Source: Octopus vulgaris
Lineage: Eukaryota
DNA length: 64,000 nt
Reading direction: 5' to 3'
Assembly: GCA_951406725.2 (NCBI GenBank)
Contig: OX597815.1
Coordinates: 140,244,001 to 140,308,000, forward strand
How positions within the stretch are numbered: position 1 is the stretch's first letter; the number at the start of each line of letters is the position of its first letter. The notes below the pieces were generated by a model. That model did not search any database. It saw only the letters and a program-made list of their open reading frames with translations, and was not told the DNA's origin. Shown piece after piece: positions 1 through 10,516 of the stretch. A program made the position numbers and the translations under genes.

Positions 1-5
1 TCTGG

Positions 6-2348
6 TTGTCACTAGCATTCAACTACGACGCCACAATTAACTTCTCCTTGCGTGACGACATCAAGATAGGGTCAATGACAATTGTATGCCAGTTTTGCAA
101 AGCCAAGAAATGGCCCGGAGAGCCACCTGGTTTGTGCTGCTCTGGTGGCAAAGTGGACCTGCCACCCCTACGGGAACCACCTCAACCACTGAAGGATCTC
201 GCGGCGGGTTTAACCCCCGATTCGTCACAATTCCTTGAAATAATTCGAAAGTACAACTGCTCATTCCAAATGACCTCTTTCGGGGCCAAAATTCCTCCCA
301 GAGAAGGCTGGATGCCTACTTTCAAAGTGCAGGGACAGGTCTACCATCTTATTGGGTCACTTCTGCCAGACGAGATTCAGCAGTCTTCTTTCCTCCAAAT
401 ATACTTCATTACCGACTACAACCACCAGGTTGATGCACGCCTTGGAATAATACCGGGTACAAGCTATGTTCCCCGCAAAGACATTCTTCTCCATCTCCAA
501 ACCATGCTTCATGATATCAACAGCTATGTCTGCAGCTTCAGATATGCCTTGGACAGTGCTCCATCTCCAAACTTCACCGTTGTCATTGATGCTGATAAAC
601 GACCCCACGGGGAGCACGAACGCCGTTTCAACGCACCTGCGTGCAACGAAATTGCCGCAGTCATACACGGAGAGCAACACAACAGCCGTGACATAATCAT
701 CTCCTCCCGTGGTAACAACCTACACAGGATCAGCGAGACTCACAGATCTTATGACGCGCTTCAGTATCCATTGCTTTTCCCTTATGGGGAAGACGGCTAC
801 CATTTCGGAATTCCTTTACGGCAGCCCTCCAATCAAACTACTGCGGCATCAAAGACGGTTTCCTGCAGGGCGTTCTACTCATACCGGTTCATGGTCAGGG
901 AGGGTGAGTTCAACTTATTACCCCGTTGTCGTCAGCTATTCAACCAGTTCGCCGTCGACATGGCCGCAAAAATGGAATCGGAAAGGCTGCTATACATTAA
1001 ACTTAATCAGACCAAACTTCGCTCCGACTCCTACATTCATATCCGTGACGGTTTGCAACAAGAAAATGACCCTCGCAACATCGGCAAGCCATGCATTCTA
1101 CCCTCCACCTTCACGGGAGGACCGCGATATATGCGTGAAAGGACCCAAGACGCCTTGACCTACGTGCGCATTTACGGCCGGCCGGACCTCTTTATCACCT
1201 ACACGTGCAATCCCAGCTGCGACGAAATCACTCGCGAACTCCTCCCGGGTCAATCTCACACCCATCGACACGACATCGTTGCTAGGGTTTTCCGTCTGAA
1301 TTTGGGCAAAATGAAGGATTTGATAGTTAAGGGTCAGATTTTAGGGCATGTCAGGTGCCACATGTTTTCGGTCGAGTGGCAAAAGAGGGGCTTGCCACAT
1401 GCTCACATCTTAATTTGGCTCACTCATAAAATCGAGACTAATGACATTGACAAATTCATTTCCACCGAGATTCCTGACCCCGATGAGGACCCCGGACTCT
1501 ACGAAATTGTCCGCACTACCATGGTACACGGGCCCTGTGGACCAAATTACGCCAACACACCATGCTACAAAAACGGATTAGCCTGCTCAAAGGGATTCCC
1601 TAAACGGTTCACTTTGGAGACTCAAACAGGCGGCGATGGGTATCCGCTGTACAAACGAAGGAGTCCAGCCAATGGAGGCCGCACGATTACGGTTGGGCGA
1701 CATCAAGTGGACAACAGCTACATTGTCCTCTACTGTCCTCTCCTGTCGAAGATATTCAAAGCCCACGTCAACGTTGAGTTCTGCAGCTCCATCAGGTCAA
1801 TACAATATGTCTGCAAATATATCAACAAAGGCAGCGATGCTGCCATGTTCAGCATCCAGAGGACCACCAGTCGCGACGAAGTGTCCAACTACTTGGCTGG
1901 CCGGTACCTCAGCAGCAACGAAGCGTTTTGGCGCATTTACGGCTTCCCGCTCCATCAGAGACACCCGGCTGTGGTGCAGCTTGCTGTACACTTGGAAAAT
2001 GGACAGCGGATTTACTTCACAGAGCAAAGTGCTGTGCAGATAGCCACCAGCCCTAAAGACACAACGTTGACTGGTTTCTTCAAATTATGCCAACGTGATG
2101 ACTTCGCTCGAACGCTTTTGTACCCACAGGTCCCATCGTACTTCGTGTGGTCTAAAAACACCTGGGTTCGACGGAAATCCGGCAAAAACGTCGAAAGCTT
2201 CCCAGGCGTCAAGTTTGACTCCTGCCTGGGTCGAGTTTACAACATCCCGCCAAACAAGCAAGAATGCTTCTACCTCCGTCTCCTTCTACATGAGGTCACT
2301 GGTCCAACAGGTTTCGCCAATATACGTACCGTCAATGGGGTTCTGTGA
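6..2348 (+). CDS. Helitron RepHel, N-terminal/Rep (HUH endonuclease) portion; probably begins upstream of the window and ends at a premature TGA
   Basis: Zn-finger-like CQFC...LCCSGG; Rep motif 1 PDLFITYTCNP, HUH motif VEWQKRGLPHAHILIWL, Y2 motif YVCKYINKG. Confidence 0.92.
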   Translation: MSLAFNYDATINFSLRDDIKIGSMTIVCQFCKAKKWPGEPPGLCCSGGKVDLPPLREPPQPLKDLAAGLTPDSSQFLEIIRKYNCSFQMTSFGAKIPPREGWMPTFKVQGQVYHLIGSLLPDEIQQSSFLQIYFITDYNHQVDARLGIIPGTSYVPRKDILLHLQTMLHDINSYVCSFRYALDSAPSPNFTVVIDADKRPHGEHERRFNAPACNEIAAVIHGEQHNSRDIIISSRGNNLHRISETHRSYDALQYPLLFPYGEDGYHFGIPLRQPSNQTTAASKTVSCRAFYSYRFMVREGEFNLLPRCRQLFNQFAVDMAAKMESERLLYIKLNQTKLRSDSYIHIRDGLQQENDPRNIGKPCILPSTFTGGPRYMRERTQDALTYVRIYGRPDLFITYTCNPSCDEITRELLPGQSHTHRHDIVARVFRLNLGKMKDLIVKGQILGHVRCHMFSVEWQKRGLPHAHILIWLTHKIETNDIDKFISTEIPDPDEDPGLYEIVRTTMVHGPCGPNYANTPCYKNGLACSKGFPKRFTLETQTGGDGYPLYKRRSPANGGRTITVGRHQVDNSYIVLYCPLLSKIFKAHVNVEFCSSIRSIQYVCKYINKGSDAAMFSIQRTTSRDEVSNYLAGRYLSSNEAFWRIYGFPLHQRHPAVVQLAVHLENGQRIYFTEQSAVQIATSPKDTTLTGFFKLCQRDDFARTLLYPQVPSYFVWSKNTWVRRKSGKNVESFPGVKFDSCLGRVYNIPPNKQECFYLRLLLHEVTGPTGFANIRTVNGVL

Positions 2349-2369
2349 GACACCTTCAGGGAAGCATGT

Positions 2370-4154
2370 ATGAGACTTGGCCTTCTAGAGGATGACTCCC
2401 AGTGGGACGCCACGATGGCAGAGGGTGCTTTACTGCAAACGCATTCGGCCCTACGACATCTTTTCGCAATCCTTCTTCAAAAATGTCAGCTTAGTGATCC
2501 ACTAAGTCTCTGGATGAAATACAGGGATGACATGTCGCACGACTTCTTACGTACGGCTCAGCAACACTGCCCTTCCGCCGAGATCACGTTCACCAACTTC
2601 ATTTACAATTTTGCGCTCATTCAACTCGAAGACGCTGTCATCGATATGGGTGGGTCTGCTTTAACAGAGTACGGCCTTCCACCACCCACACGTGAACACG
2701 CCAATGTTATGTCTGCTGAATTGTTACGCGAAACTTCCTACTGCATTGAGGAACTGCACCAGTACGTCCAAGATAATGAACCACGGCTGCTTCCAGACCA
2801 GCGCATAGCCTACAACACCATCGTAGACTCTGTCAGACAGCAACGTGGGGGGATTTTCTTCCTTGATGCACCCGGCGGCACTGGCAAAACCTTCGTCACT
2901 AAACTAATTCTGGCAGAGGTCAGACGCAACACGGACATTGCCCTGGCTGTAGCTTCCTCTGGTATCGCGGCCACGTTGCTTCCGGGTGGCAGAACCGCCC
3001 ACTCTGCCTTCAGACTCCCGCTCGATCTGGCAAAGTCCGAGTCACCTATCTGCAACATCGCCAAGAACTCAGAACAGGCCGACATTCTGCGCAGATGCAA
3101 ACTCATCGTATGGGACGAGTGCACTATGGCACACAAAGGCGCCCTTGAGGCACTGGACAGGTCCCTGCAAGACATCAGAGACTCTACGGCCCCCATGGGA
3201 GGATTAACTTTACTTCTTTCAGGAGACTTCAGGCAGACTCTACCTGTTATTCCAAAAGGAACCCGTGCCGATGCCGTGCGCGCGTGCCTTAAGTCGTCAG
3301 CTCTTTGGGCACATGTGCGGCCCTTGCACCTCCAAACTAACATGCGCGCGCAGTTAATTGGTGACAGCGGATCTGCTGCATTCTCCAGGGACCTCTTATC
3401 GCTCGGTGAAAATAGGATGCTGTCTGATGCGGATGGCTACGTTCAATTGGACTCACTTTGCACCATTGTCGACACCCCTGCTAGCCTCCGGGACGCTGTC
3501 TTCCACGACCTACAAAACAATTTACGCGACCTAAAATGGCTGGCAGGCAGAGCTATTCTCGCACCCAAAAATACAACCGTCAACTCCATCAATATCCAGC
3601 TACTTGAAGCTATTCCTGGTGATGTCCACATCTACAAATCTATAGATAGGACAGCAGACCCCGCCCAGCTTGCCGATTATCCTGTTGAATTCCTGAATTC
3701 ACTTGAACCGCCAGGCCTGCCACCACACATCCTGAAGTTAAAAGTCGGTGCGCCCATTATGCTCATCAGGAATTTGGTTCCACCTAAACAGTGCAACGGC
3801 ACACGTTTGGTTGTGAAACATTTGGCACCACATTTAATAACGGCCACAATACTTACCGGTTGTGGGAAGGGAGAGGACGTCTTCATTCCACGGATGCACC
3901 TTCAACCGTCGGGCGCTGACCTACCAATCCACTTCAGGCGTTCTCAGTTTCCTGTTAAACTCTGCTTCGCAATGTCCATCAATAAATCCCAAGGCCAAAC
4001 GCTACAAGTCGCTGGGTTACATTTGGGCGAACAGTGCTTCGCCCACGGTCAACTCTACGTGGGCTGTTCACGCGTTGGGAGGCGCAATGATGTTTTCATG
4101 TTTTCGCCCAAACGGACAGCTAGGAACACCGTATATACAGAAGTATTCCAGTGA
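2370..4154 (+). CDS. Helitron RepHel, PIF1-family SF1B helicase portion (same frame as 6-2348)
   Basis: Walker A DAPGGTGKT, GGRTAHS, Walker B IVWDECTM, GDFRQTLPV, SINKSQGQT, HGQLYVGCSRV. The 21 nt between the two ORFs read DTFREAC in frame. Confidence 0.92.
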   Translation: MRLGLLEDDSQWDATMAEGALLQTHSALRHLFAILLQKCQLSDPLSLWMKYRDDMSHDFLRTAQQHCPSAEITFTNFIYNFALIQLEDAVIDMGGSALTEYGLPPPTREHANVMSAELLRETSYCIEELHQYVQDNEPRLLPDQRIAYNTIVDSVRQQRGGIFFLDAPGGTGKTFVTKLILAEVRRNTDIALAVASSGIAATLLPGGRTAHSAFRLPLDLAKSESPICNIAKNSEQADILRRCKLIVWDECTMAHKGALEALDRSLQDIRDSTAPMGGLTLLLSGDFRQTLPVIPKGTRADAVRACLKSSALWAHVRPLHLQTNMRAQLIGDSGSAAFSRDLLSLGENRMLSDADGYVQLDSLCTIVDTPASLRDAVFHDLQNNLRDLKWLAGRAILAPKNTTVNSINIQLLEAIPGDVHIYKSIDRTADPAQLADYPVEFLNSLEPPGLPPHILKLKVGAPIMLIRNLVPPKQCNGTRLVVKHLAPHLITATILTGCGKGEDVFIPRMHLQPSGADLPIHFRRSQFPVKLCFAMSINKSQGQTLQVAGLHLGEQCFAHGQLYVGCSRVGRRNDVFMFSPKRTARNTVYTEVFQ

Positions 4155-4248
4155 AGACAAGACATTGCAACGTCCACATGCACCTTCGTTCCCTGGAGAG
4201 AAAGGACTACATTGGGATTAGTCGTTGCCTACTAGGGGCTCTTACATA

Positions 4249-4276
4249 CCCGGGCAACGCCGGGCTATGCTGCTAG
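4249..4276 (+). terminator. Helitron 3' rolling-circle terminator (hairpin + CTAG)
   Basis: CCCGG/CCGGG stem with a GCAACG loop, 8 nt upstream of CTAG|T. Confidence 0.9.
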
Positions 4277-5264
4277 TATATATATATATATAACAAAGTG
4301 GAATTGTATGGTACTGCACGAGTGGAATTATATATGAAAGAAGGTTTGAAAATGCAATTTTAAAATATGTTTATTTACTTGACCGTGCATGTGTGTGTGT
4401 GCGCGCACACACAACACTATAACAAATACCAATCACACACACACACAACACCAAGACAATCATAACAATCACAAGCATACTATGACATAGATACACACAC
4501 ACACACACTCATATTACAACACACTAACAAACATTAGCCACACACATACACAATCACTCACACACAAACGTGTACACATATACACTCACCATCCTACCAA
4601 ATTTTAAAATCACACAGACACATCTACTTACACCACAATAAACCCTGGGACCAATCAAAAACGGCCCCCACACACAAACAGAAACACATGTATATATATA
4701 TAAATATATATATACACACACACACTCACACCATTCTGACCTCTAAAGACCAATCCCACAAATCACTGATTCTTGAAAGAGAAACAAAAACTTCTTTTCA
4801 ATTCCACATTACTCTTCCTTTCCCCTCACCCAAACAAACCTACACTGTCCCTTGAAATAGGAAATAGTTTTTAACGATAATATGGTGAATCAGGTCATTT
4901 CAAACTATACTACTAAAATGTAACCTTTTTGAACTTATAATTTTCTGTGTGTATATATACAGATACAATACCAATATTCCTCTGAACTTTTTAATAACTC
5001 TTTCTGTAGACTGTTTTTAACATTTTCTTAAGAATGTATATATATATATTGTAATCTATTGTGCCAATATTTTAATGAACTTGTAAAATTTTTCTATATT
5101 TTCCCAAGATTTTCCCTTGTAAACTGTTTTAACATGTTATTATTATCAAAGAATGTATATATATATTGTAATATTTTGTGACAACCAGTACCTAACACAA
5201 CAAAGCTTCTACATGTTACTTTTGACAATCTTTTTCTAAAAAATTGAAACCGGTTATGTAAATA

Positions 5265-6160
5265 AACTGGATGGAGAAATCTCGAGTATAACCAGCCGAA
5301 ATAATCTGGAACTCGATTGGGGAAAGAAAACTCCGAATGACCCGTTTTTTTGGATGTTTTATTGTCTGGATGTTTTGTTGTCCCTTTTTTGTATCATCGA
5401 AATGTCTGGATGGTTTGCGTTCTTGTCCCATTTTTGTATATTTATATACAAAAATATAGCGGCGTACGTACACTTTGGTCTCTTATATGCATATATATAT
5501 AAATTTTGTACGACTTTATTATTATTTCTGTTCTTTCATTCCTTCTTTCTTTCTTTCAACCACTTCACTTCGTTCATCTTCGTTCTTTCGTTTCCCCTCT
5601 CTCACATTTCCCGGCCTTCTCTTCATGCACACGTTCCATCCTCTTTCACTTCACTCTGTCCCTTTCATTTTTTCTCGTCCCTCCTTAAATTTTCTATACC
5701 CCTGCCTCTAATTCTCTCTCTTCTCTCCCTACGTGACCGGTGTTCGGCCAAGCCTGACCCTTCTTTCTTGGTTCGACTATCATCCGCGCATCCCTGTGCC
5801 TGTCAAATTTCATGTCCCTGCCGTAAGGCTTTGCTTCCACATACGCTAGCTTAATTTAATCCATCCTTAGTCGAAAGACACCTGTTTTATGTCCTGTTAT
5901 TTGTATTTGTATTTGTGTAACATTTCTCCGTTTTTTTCCGTCCTTGTTTTCGTATACATTCGCTGATTTCTTCCAAGGAATCTAATGCGCTTAGCTTAGT
6001 TTTTTCTTGAGGCTGGCCAGATTGGAGCAATCTCGAGTATAACCACCCGAAATTACAAAGATAATCTAGAACTCGACTGAAGAAAGAACTCTGAATGACT
6101 GTCCTTGTTTTCTTTGTATCGTCTGTTTGGATGTTTTGCGTTCTTGCCACATTTTTGTAT
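5265..6160 (+). mobile_element. Unclassified partial-tandem element with diverged direct repeats (period about 750 bp), possibly Penelope-like non-autonomous
   Basis: CTCGAGTATAACCA...GAACTCGA...GAATGAC...GTTCTTG at about 5281-5440 recurs at about 6032-6160; both copies end in TA-rich tails. Confidence 0.5.
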
Positions 6161-6567
6161 ATATATATACACCCATATAGCTATCTAGGTAGTGGGTGGG
6201 CGCTGTGTATGTGTATGTGGTTTTAAATAGCTATCAACAATATTTAAATTATGTTGCGTAGAATTAACTACATGCCGTTAGCGGAACTTTGATGAAATTG
6301 TAAATCATCAAAAATATGTAAATATATGTAAAGCTATAAAATCTTTATTTGAAATCCAAGTCCACCAATAACTCTGTCTGCTCTTACGATGAAAAACAGT
6401 TGGAATTTCAACTTTAATTATATAATTTACATAAAATATTGTTTTGTGAATTTGTAATGCTACATGTAAAAAGAAAAATTACTTTTGTTTTGTGCAATGC
6501 AAGTTTCACTCAAAGGTAGCTGTAATATTCTACATATTCTTATGGGTCAATATTTCATTTATATATT

Positions 6568-6725
6568 GAGTTCAAATTCCTCCACGGTCGACTTTGCTTT
6601 TCATTCTTTCAGGGTCGATTAAATAAGCACCAATTACGCACTGGAGTCGATGCAATCAATTTAATTCCTTTGTTTTTCCTTGTTTGTCCCCTCTATATTT
6701 AGCCCCTTGTGGGCAATAAAGAAAC
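6568..6725 (+). mobile_element. tRNA-derived SINE family A, 5'-truncated
   Basis: GAGTTCAAATTCC (B box)...GTCGACTTTGCTTTTCATTCTTTCAGGGTCGA matches the other copies in the window. Confidence 0.75.
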
Positions 6726-7074
6726 ATTTATATATATGTTGCAGAAATGCATTTACTTCTTGTCAATTCCGAGTTTATAGTTAACCAACCTCGCCTCAAT
6801 GGCGTATTTATACTGTATGAAGATAATACCGTCTTTACACTCTGGGATTTTGCTGTCTCTACAATGTATTGAAAATGAAGTTTCTCTGTTCTGTCATTGC
6901 TGTGTATCTCTATTCTCTTATTGCTTATACTCTCTATTTCATTTAATTAAACTGCCGTCTAAAATTCTATTGATATATTCTTGGCATTAATGTTGTTATC
7001 AAACTTCCCTTCCAGCCAATATCTTCATTGCAATAACTATAAAGAACTGTGCATTTTCTTTTGCTTTTGTTGTT

Positions 7075-7139
7075 GTTGATAATGATGATGATGACGATGA
7101 AGACGACGGCGACAACGATGATGACAACATTGATGGTGT

Positions 7140-7186
<47 letters not shown>

Positions 7187-7245
7187 GTAATGATAATGAT
7201 GGTAATGATAATGATGGTGATGTTGAAAATAGCGATGATGTTGAA
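7075..7245. repeat. (GAT)n compound microsatellite
   Basis: Seen directly. Confidence 0.9.
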
Positions 7246-7635
7246 CGTCAATGCTTCTGTGATCGTTGAATAGTGTAATTGGCGCTATAGTGGTCGTTAA
7301 ACCTTCTTATATTTTATGAAATAAATATTGGAGAAATATTCTTGATAAAACGTAATGTTGACCTCCTGGACCGTTTTTCACCCTTGCCACGACCCATGTC
7401 ATTGACGCCAGTGTTTTTATAAAGAAAATCTATGATTGTGTGTAATACTTAAATATTAGTGCCGTTATGTGAAGCTGTAGGACATTAACTATAGCAGCAC
7501 TTACTGATCTCTCATCTATACATGTCCAGCCTACATTATCGATTAGAGTTTGCACTTAACTATACACACTGCTTCGCTTGCTAAATTAATAACCCTATAC
7601 GTAGCATTACATTGAGTTTATTATTGTTATTATTA

Positions 7636-7696
<61 letters not shown>

Positions 7697-7747
7697 CATT
7701 ATTATTCTTCAGTAGTTTTATTTTTATTATTATTATTATTATTATTA

Positions 7748-8078
7748 CTTTTTTTTTCTTCTTTCAAATTTTCTTCCATTTCTTGCCGAGTGTCTTCCCG
7801 ACTCCTAGGGCAAAGAAACTCATAGTGTATATTGGTAGGCCATTAAACCAAACTCAGTAGTTCGTTCATTTTTTTTTTTTTTTTAAGTTAAATTAAAATA
7901 CATGAGCAGCAACAGTTCTCACATCGACAATGCTCTTCTCAATACGTGTGATGTACCAGTTAAGACAATCTTTTGCACTTCTTGCAGGGATGGTAAGCCA
8001 GGGATCATTCTCATATAATTTTCGGTTCCCTTCTTGATCATTCCTAGTGCTCCTACGATCACTGGTATTGTAACCGCC

Positions 8079-8080
<2 letters not shown>
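7748..8080 (-). mobile_element. 3' fragment of a second R4/Dong-like RLE LINE family in (TTA)n
   Basis: Minus strand 8080-7919 reads KAVTIPVIVGALGMIKKGTENYMRMIPGLPSLQEVQKIVLTGTSHVLRRALSM*, homologous to the C-terminus of the 58-60 kb element. (TTA)n lies on both sides. Confidence 0.85.
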
Positions 8081-8166
<86 letters not shown>

Positions 8167-8198
8167 CATTATTATTATTATCATCATTATTATTATTA

Positions 8199-8243
<45 letters not shown>

Positions 8244-8271
8244 TGTTGTTGTTATTGTTGTTGTTGTTGTT

Positions 8272-8464
8272 AAGGCAGCGAGCTGGCAGAATCGTTAGCA
8301 CGCTGGGCGAAATGCTTAGCGGTGTTTCACCCGTCGCTATGTTCTGAGTTCAAATTCCGCCGAGGTCAACTTTGCCTTTCATCCTTTCAGGATCCATAAA
8401 TTAAGTACCGATTGAGTACTGGTTGTCCCCACGAAATCCAGGCCCTGTGCCAATAGTAGAAAGG

Positions 8465-8466
<2 letters not shown>
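8272..8466 (+). mobile_element. tRNA-derived SINE family A
   Basis: Head AGGCAGCGAGCTGGCAGAATCGTTAGCACG, B box GAGTTCAAATTCC, tail GTAGAAAGG followed by (ATT)n. Confidence 0.85.
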
Positions 8467-8519
<53 letters not shown>

Positions 8520-8584
8520 TTATTATTGCTATTATTATTATCATGGTGGCGAGCTGGCAGCATCGTTAGTCACTCCTGCTTATA

Positions 8585-9100
8585 TTAAAGGTAGACAAAG
8601 AAAGGAAAAGTAGACGAAAACTGGGCGAAAACATAACGGATAGAAAAAGGAGACAAGAACACGATACAAGGAACATTCGCAGCTGATCTTCTTTCTCATC
8701 AATTGGTTTCTGAGACGTCTTAGTGGTTTCACACTATCTAAAACCAAAGCCACTGTTATCTAACGGGAGCACCAGAGCATAGAGCTACAGCAAAAAGCTG
8801 GCTAATGTGCGCGAGAATAGGACGAAATAACATTGCGTGTACAATATGAAATAACGGCAAGATGTAACATAAGGAAAGGAACATATAGAATAGAAAATGC
8901 TTTATGGCTGAACTATAAGCAAAAGAATAATTATACGTATACAATGCTAAAACAATACAAACAAACGGCTAACAAGAGAGATGTAGTGAGGTACCGCAAA
9001 GAAATGGAAAATGTCCATGACGCACTTTGACTACACACCGGTCACGTGGTAGGAGAGAGGAAGAGTGATGGAAGGACTAAGGAATGAGAGAGGCAGAAGA

Positions 9101-9137
<37 letters not shown>

Positions 9138-9480
9138 GAGCAAGCATAGGGTCCAAGGGAGGTAATTAAGGGGGAGGGAAAAGAAGAAAGAGAGAAGAAA
9201 TAGGAGAGGAGGAAAGAGCTAAAGAATCGTACTACAAATATGCTGATAATATTCTTTACAGTTAAGTAAACAAGCAGGGGTACATTGTGCTGCAATGAAT
9301 AGAAAGTTAGACAGGGAAAGGAAAAAATAGACGAAAACTAGGCGAAAGCATAACGGACAGAAAATGGAGACAAAAACATACAAGGAACATTTGCAGCTGA
9401 CTTCCTCATCAGTTGGTTTCCGAGACGTCTTAGTGGCTCCATGCTATTTAAAACCAAGACCACTGCTATGTAATGGGAGC
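8585..9480 (-). mobile_element. Unclassified partial-tandem element with about 190-bp diverged direct repeats (period about 710 bp)
   Basis: About 8590-8770 recurs at about 9305-9480 (TAGACGAAAACT...CATAACGGA...GAGACGTCTTAGTGG...GGGAGC); abuts (TA)n. Strand inferred from the pyrimidine-rich tail. Confidence 0.55.
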
Positions 9481-9559
<79 letters not shown>

Positions 9560-9704
9560 TGATTATTCATTTTTATACTTTTTGAGATCTAGTTGTATGT
9601 TTTATAAAAATATATTCTTATTTGTTATTTATGTTTTGGCTTATGTCTATCACTGTTTGAGTTGCATGATAGTGGTTTTATCTCTAATTTATATTTCATA
9701 TTTG

Positions 9705-9735
<31 letters not shown>

Positions 9736-9736
9736 G

Positions 9737-9940
9737 GAAAATCTAATCTATGCCATTACATGCTTAGGGTGTGGTAATAATTATATTGGCCAAACAGGGA
9801 TATCACTCCGTCGAAGAACCACTCTCCACAAAGAACAGATCCGCCACCCACAATACAGACAGATACAGGTCAGTGCACACATAGAAAGGTGTGCTAGGAA
9901 TCTTAATCCTAATTTCCTAATTTTCCTCTTCTATCAATGA
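9737..9940 (+). pseudogene. Penelope-like element GIY-YIG endonuclease fragment (not in the ORF track because it has no start codon)
   Basis: Manual translation ENLIYAITCLGCGNNYIGQTGISLRRRTTLHKEQIRHPQYRQIQVSAHIERCARNLNPNFLIFLFYQ*: NLIY...YIGQT motif with an intervening CxxC and downstream His residues. (TA)n on both sides. Confidence 0.85.
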
Positions 9941-10235
9941 TTACAGAACACCCCAGTACAACAAAGAATGAATATTATATATATATATACTCCTTTACTC
10001 TTTTACTTGTTTCAGTTATTTGACTATTTGACTTGTTTCAGTTATTTGACTGTGACCATGCTGGAGCACCACCTTTAGTCGATCAAATTGACCCCCAGGA
10101 CTTATTCTTTGTAAGCCTAATACTTATTTATCAGTCTCTTTTGCCGAACCGCTAAGTTACGGGGACGTAAATACACCAGCATCGGTTGTTAAGCAATGCT
10201 GGTGGTGAAACACAGACACAAACATATATACACAC

Positions 10236-10326
<91 letters not shown>

Positions 10327-10428
10327 GGAGTAAACACATAAATGTGAAACAAGGTGGAAAAAAGAGTACTCAAATACCAGTGGTAGAGTAATATGCTTTA
10401 TTTTAAGCAGCAGAAAATTCAACAAAAT

Positions 10429-10466
10429 CTGTTACTCTGAGTTTCTCGTTGCCGTTCATCAGACAG
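10429..10466 (-). ncRNA. Minimal type I hammerhead ribozyme (antisense arm)
   Basis: Reverse complement of 10479-10516. Confidence 0.7.
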
Positions 10467-10478
10467 TTTTTTCAAAAA

Positions 10479-10516
10479 CTGTCTGATGAACGGCAACGAG
10501 AAACTCAGAGTAACAG
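10479..10516 (+). ncRNA. Minimal type I hammerhead ribozyme
   Basis: CTGT|CTGATGA|ACG-GCAA-CGA|GAAA|CTC-A-GAG|TA|ACAG: stem I CTGT/ACAG, intact core, short stem II with a GNRA loop, near-palindromic stem III, GUA cleavage triplet. Confidence 0.7.

Larger units (their letters stand above)
1..4276 (+). mobile_element. Helitron (autonomous-type), 5' part outside the window
   Basis: Rep and PIF1 helicase coding region, then the subterminal hairpin CCCGG-GCAACG-CCGGG (4249-4264) and terminal CTAG (4273-4276) followed by T into a (TA)n tract. Much more GC-rich than the flanks. Confidence 0.95.

Noticed and set aside
2346-2348. Selenocysteine recoding of the Helitron TGA
   Set aside because: I recognised no SECIS in the roughly 120-nt 3' region; a point mutation is the simpler explanation.
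357-3886. Alternative-frame and antisense ORFs overlapping the Helitron
   Set aside because: Shadow ORFs of GC-rich coding sequence, with no motifs.
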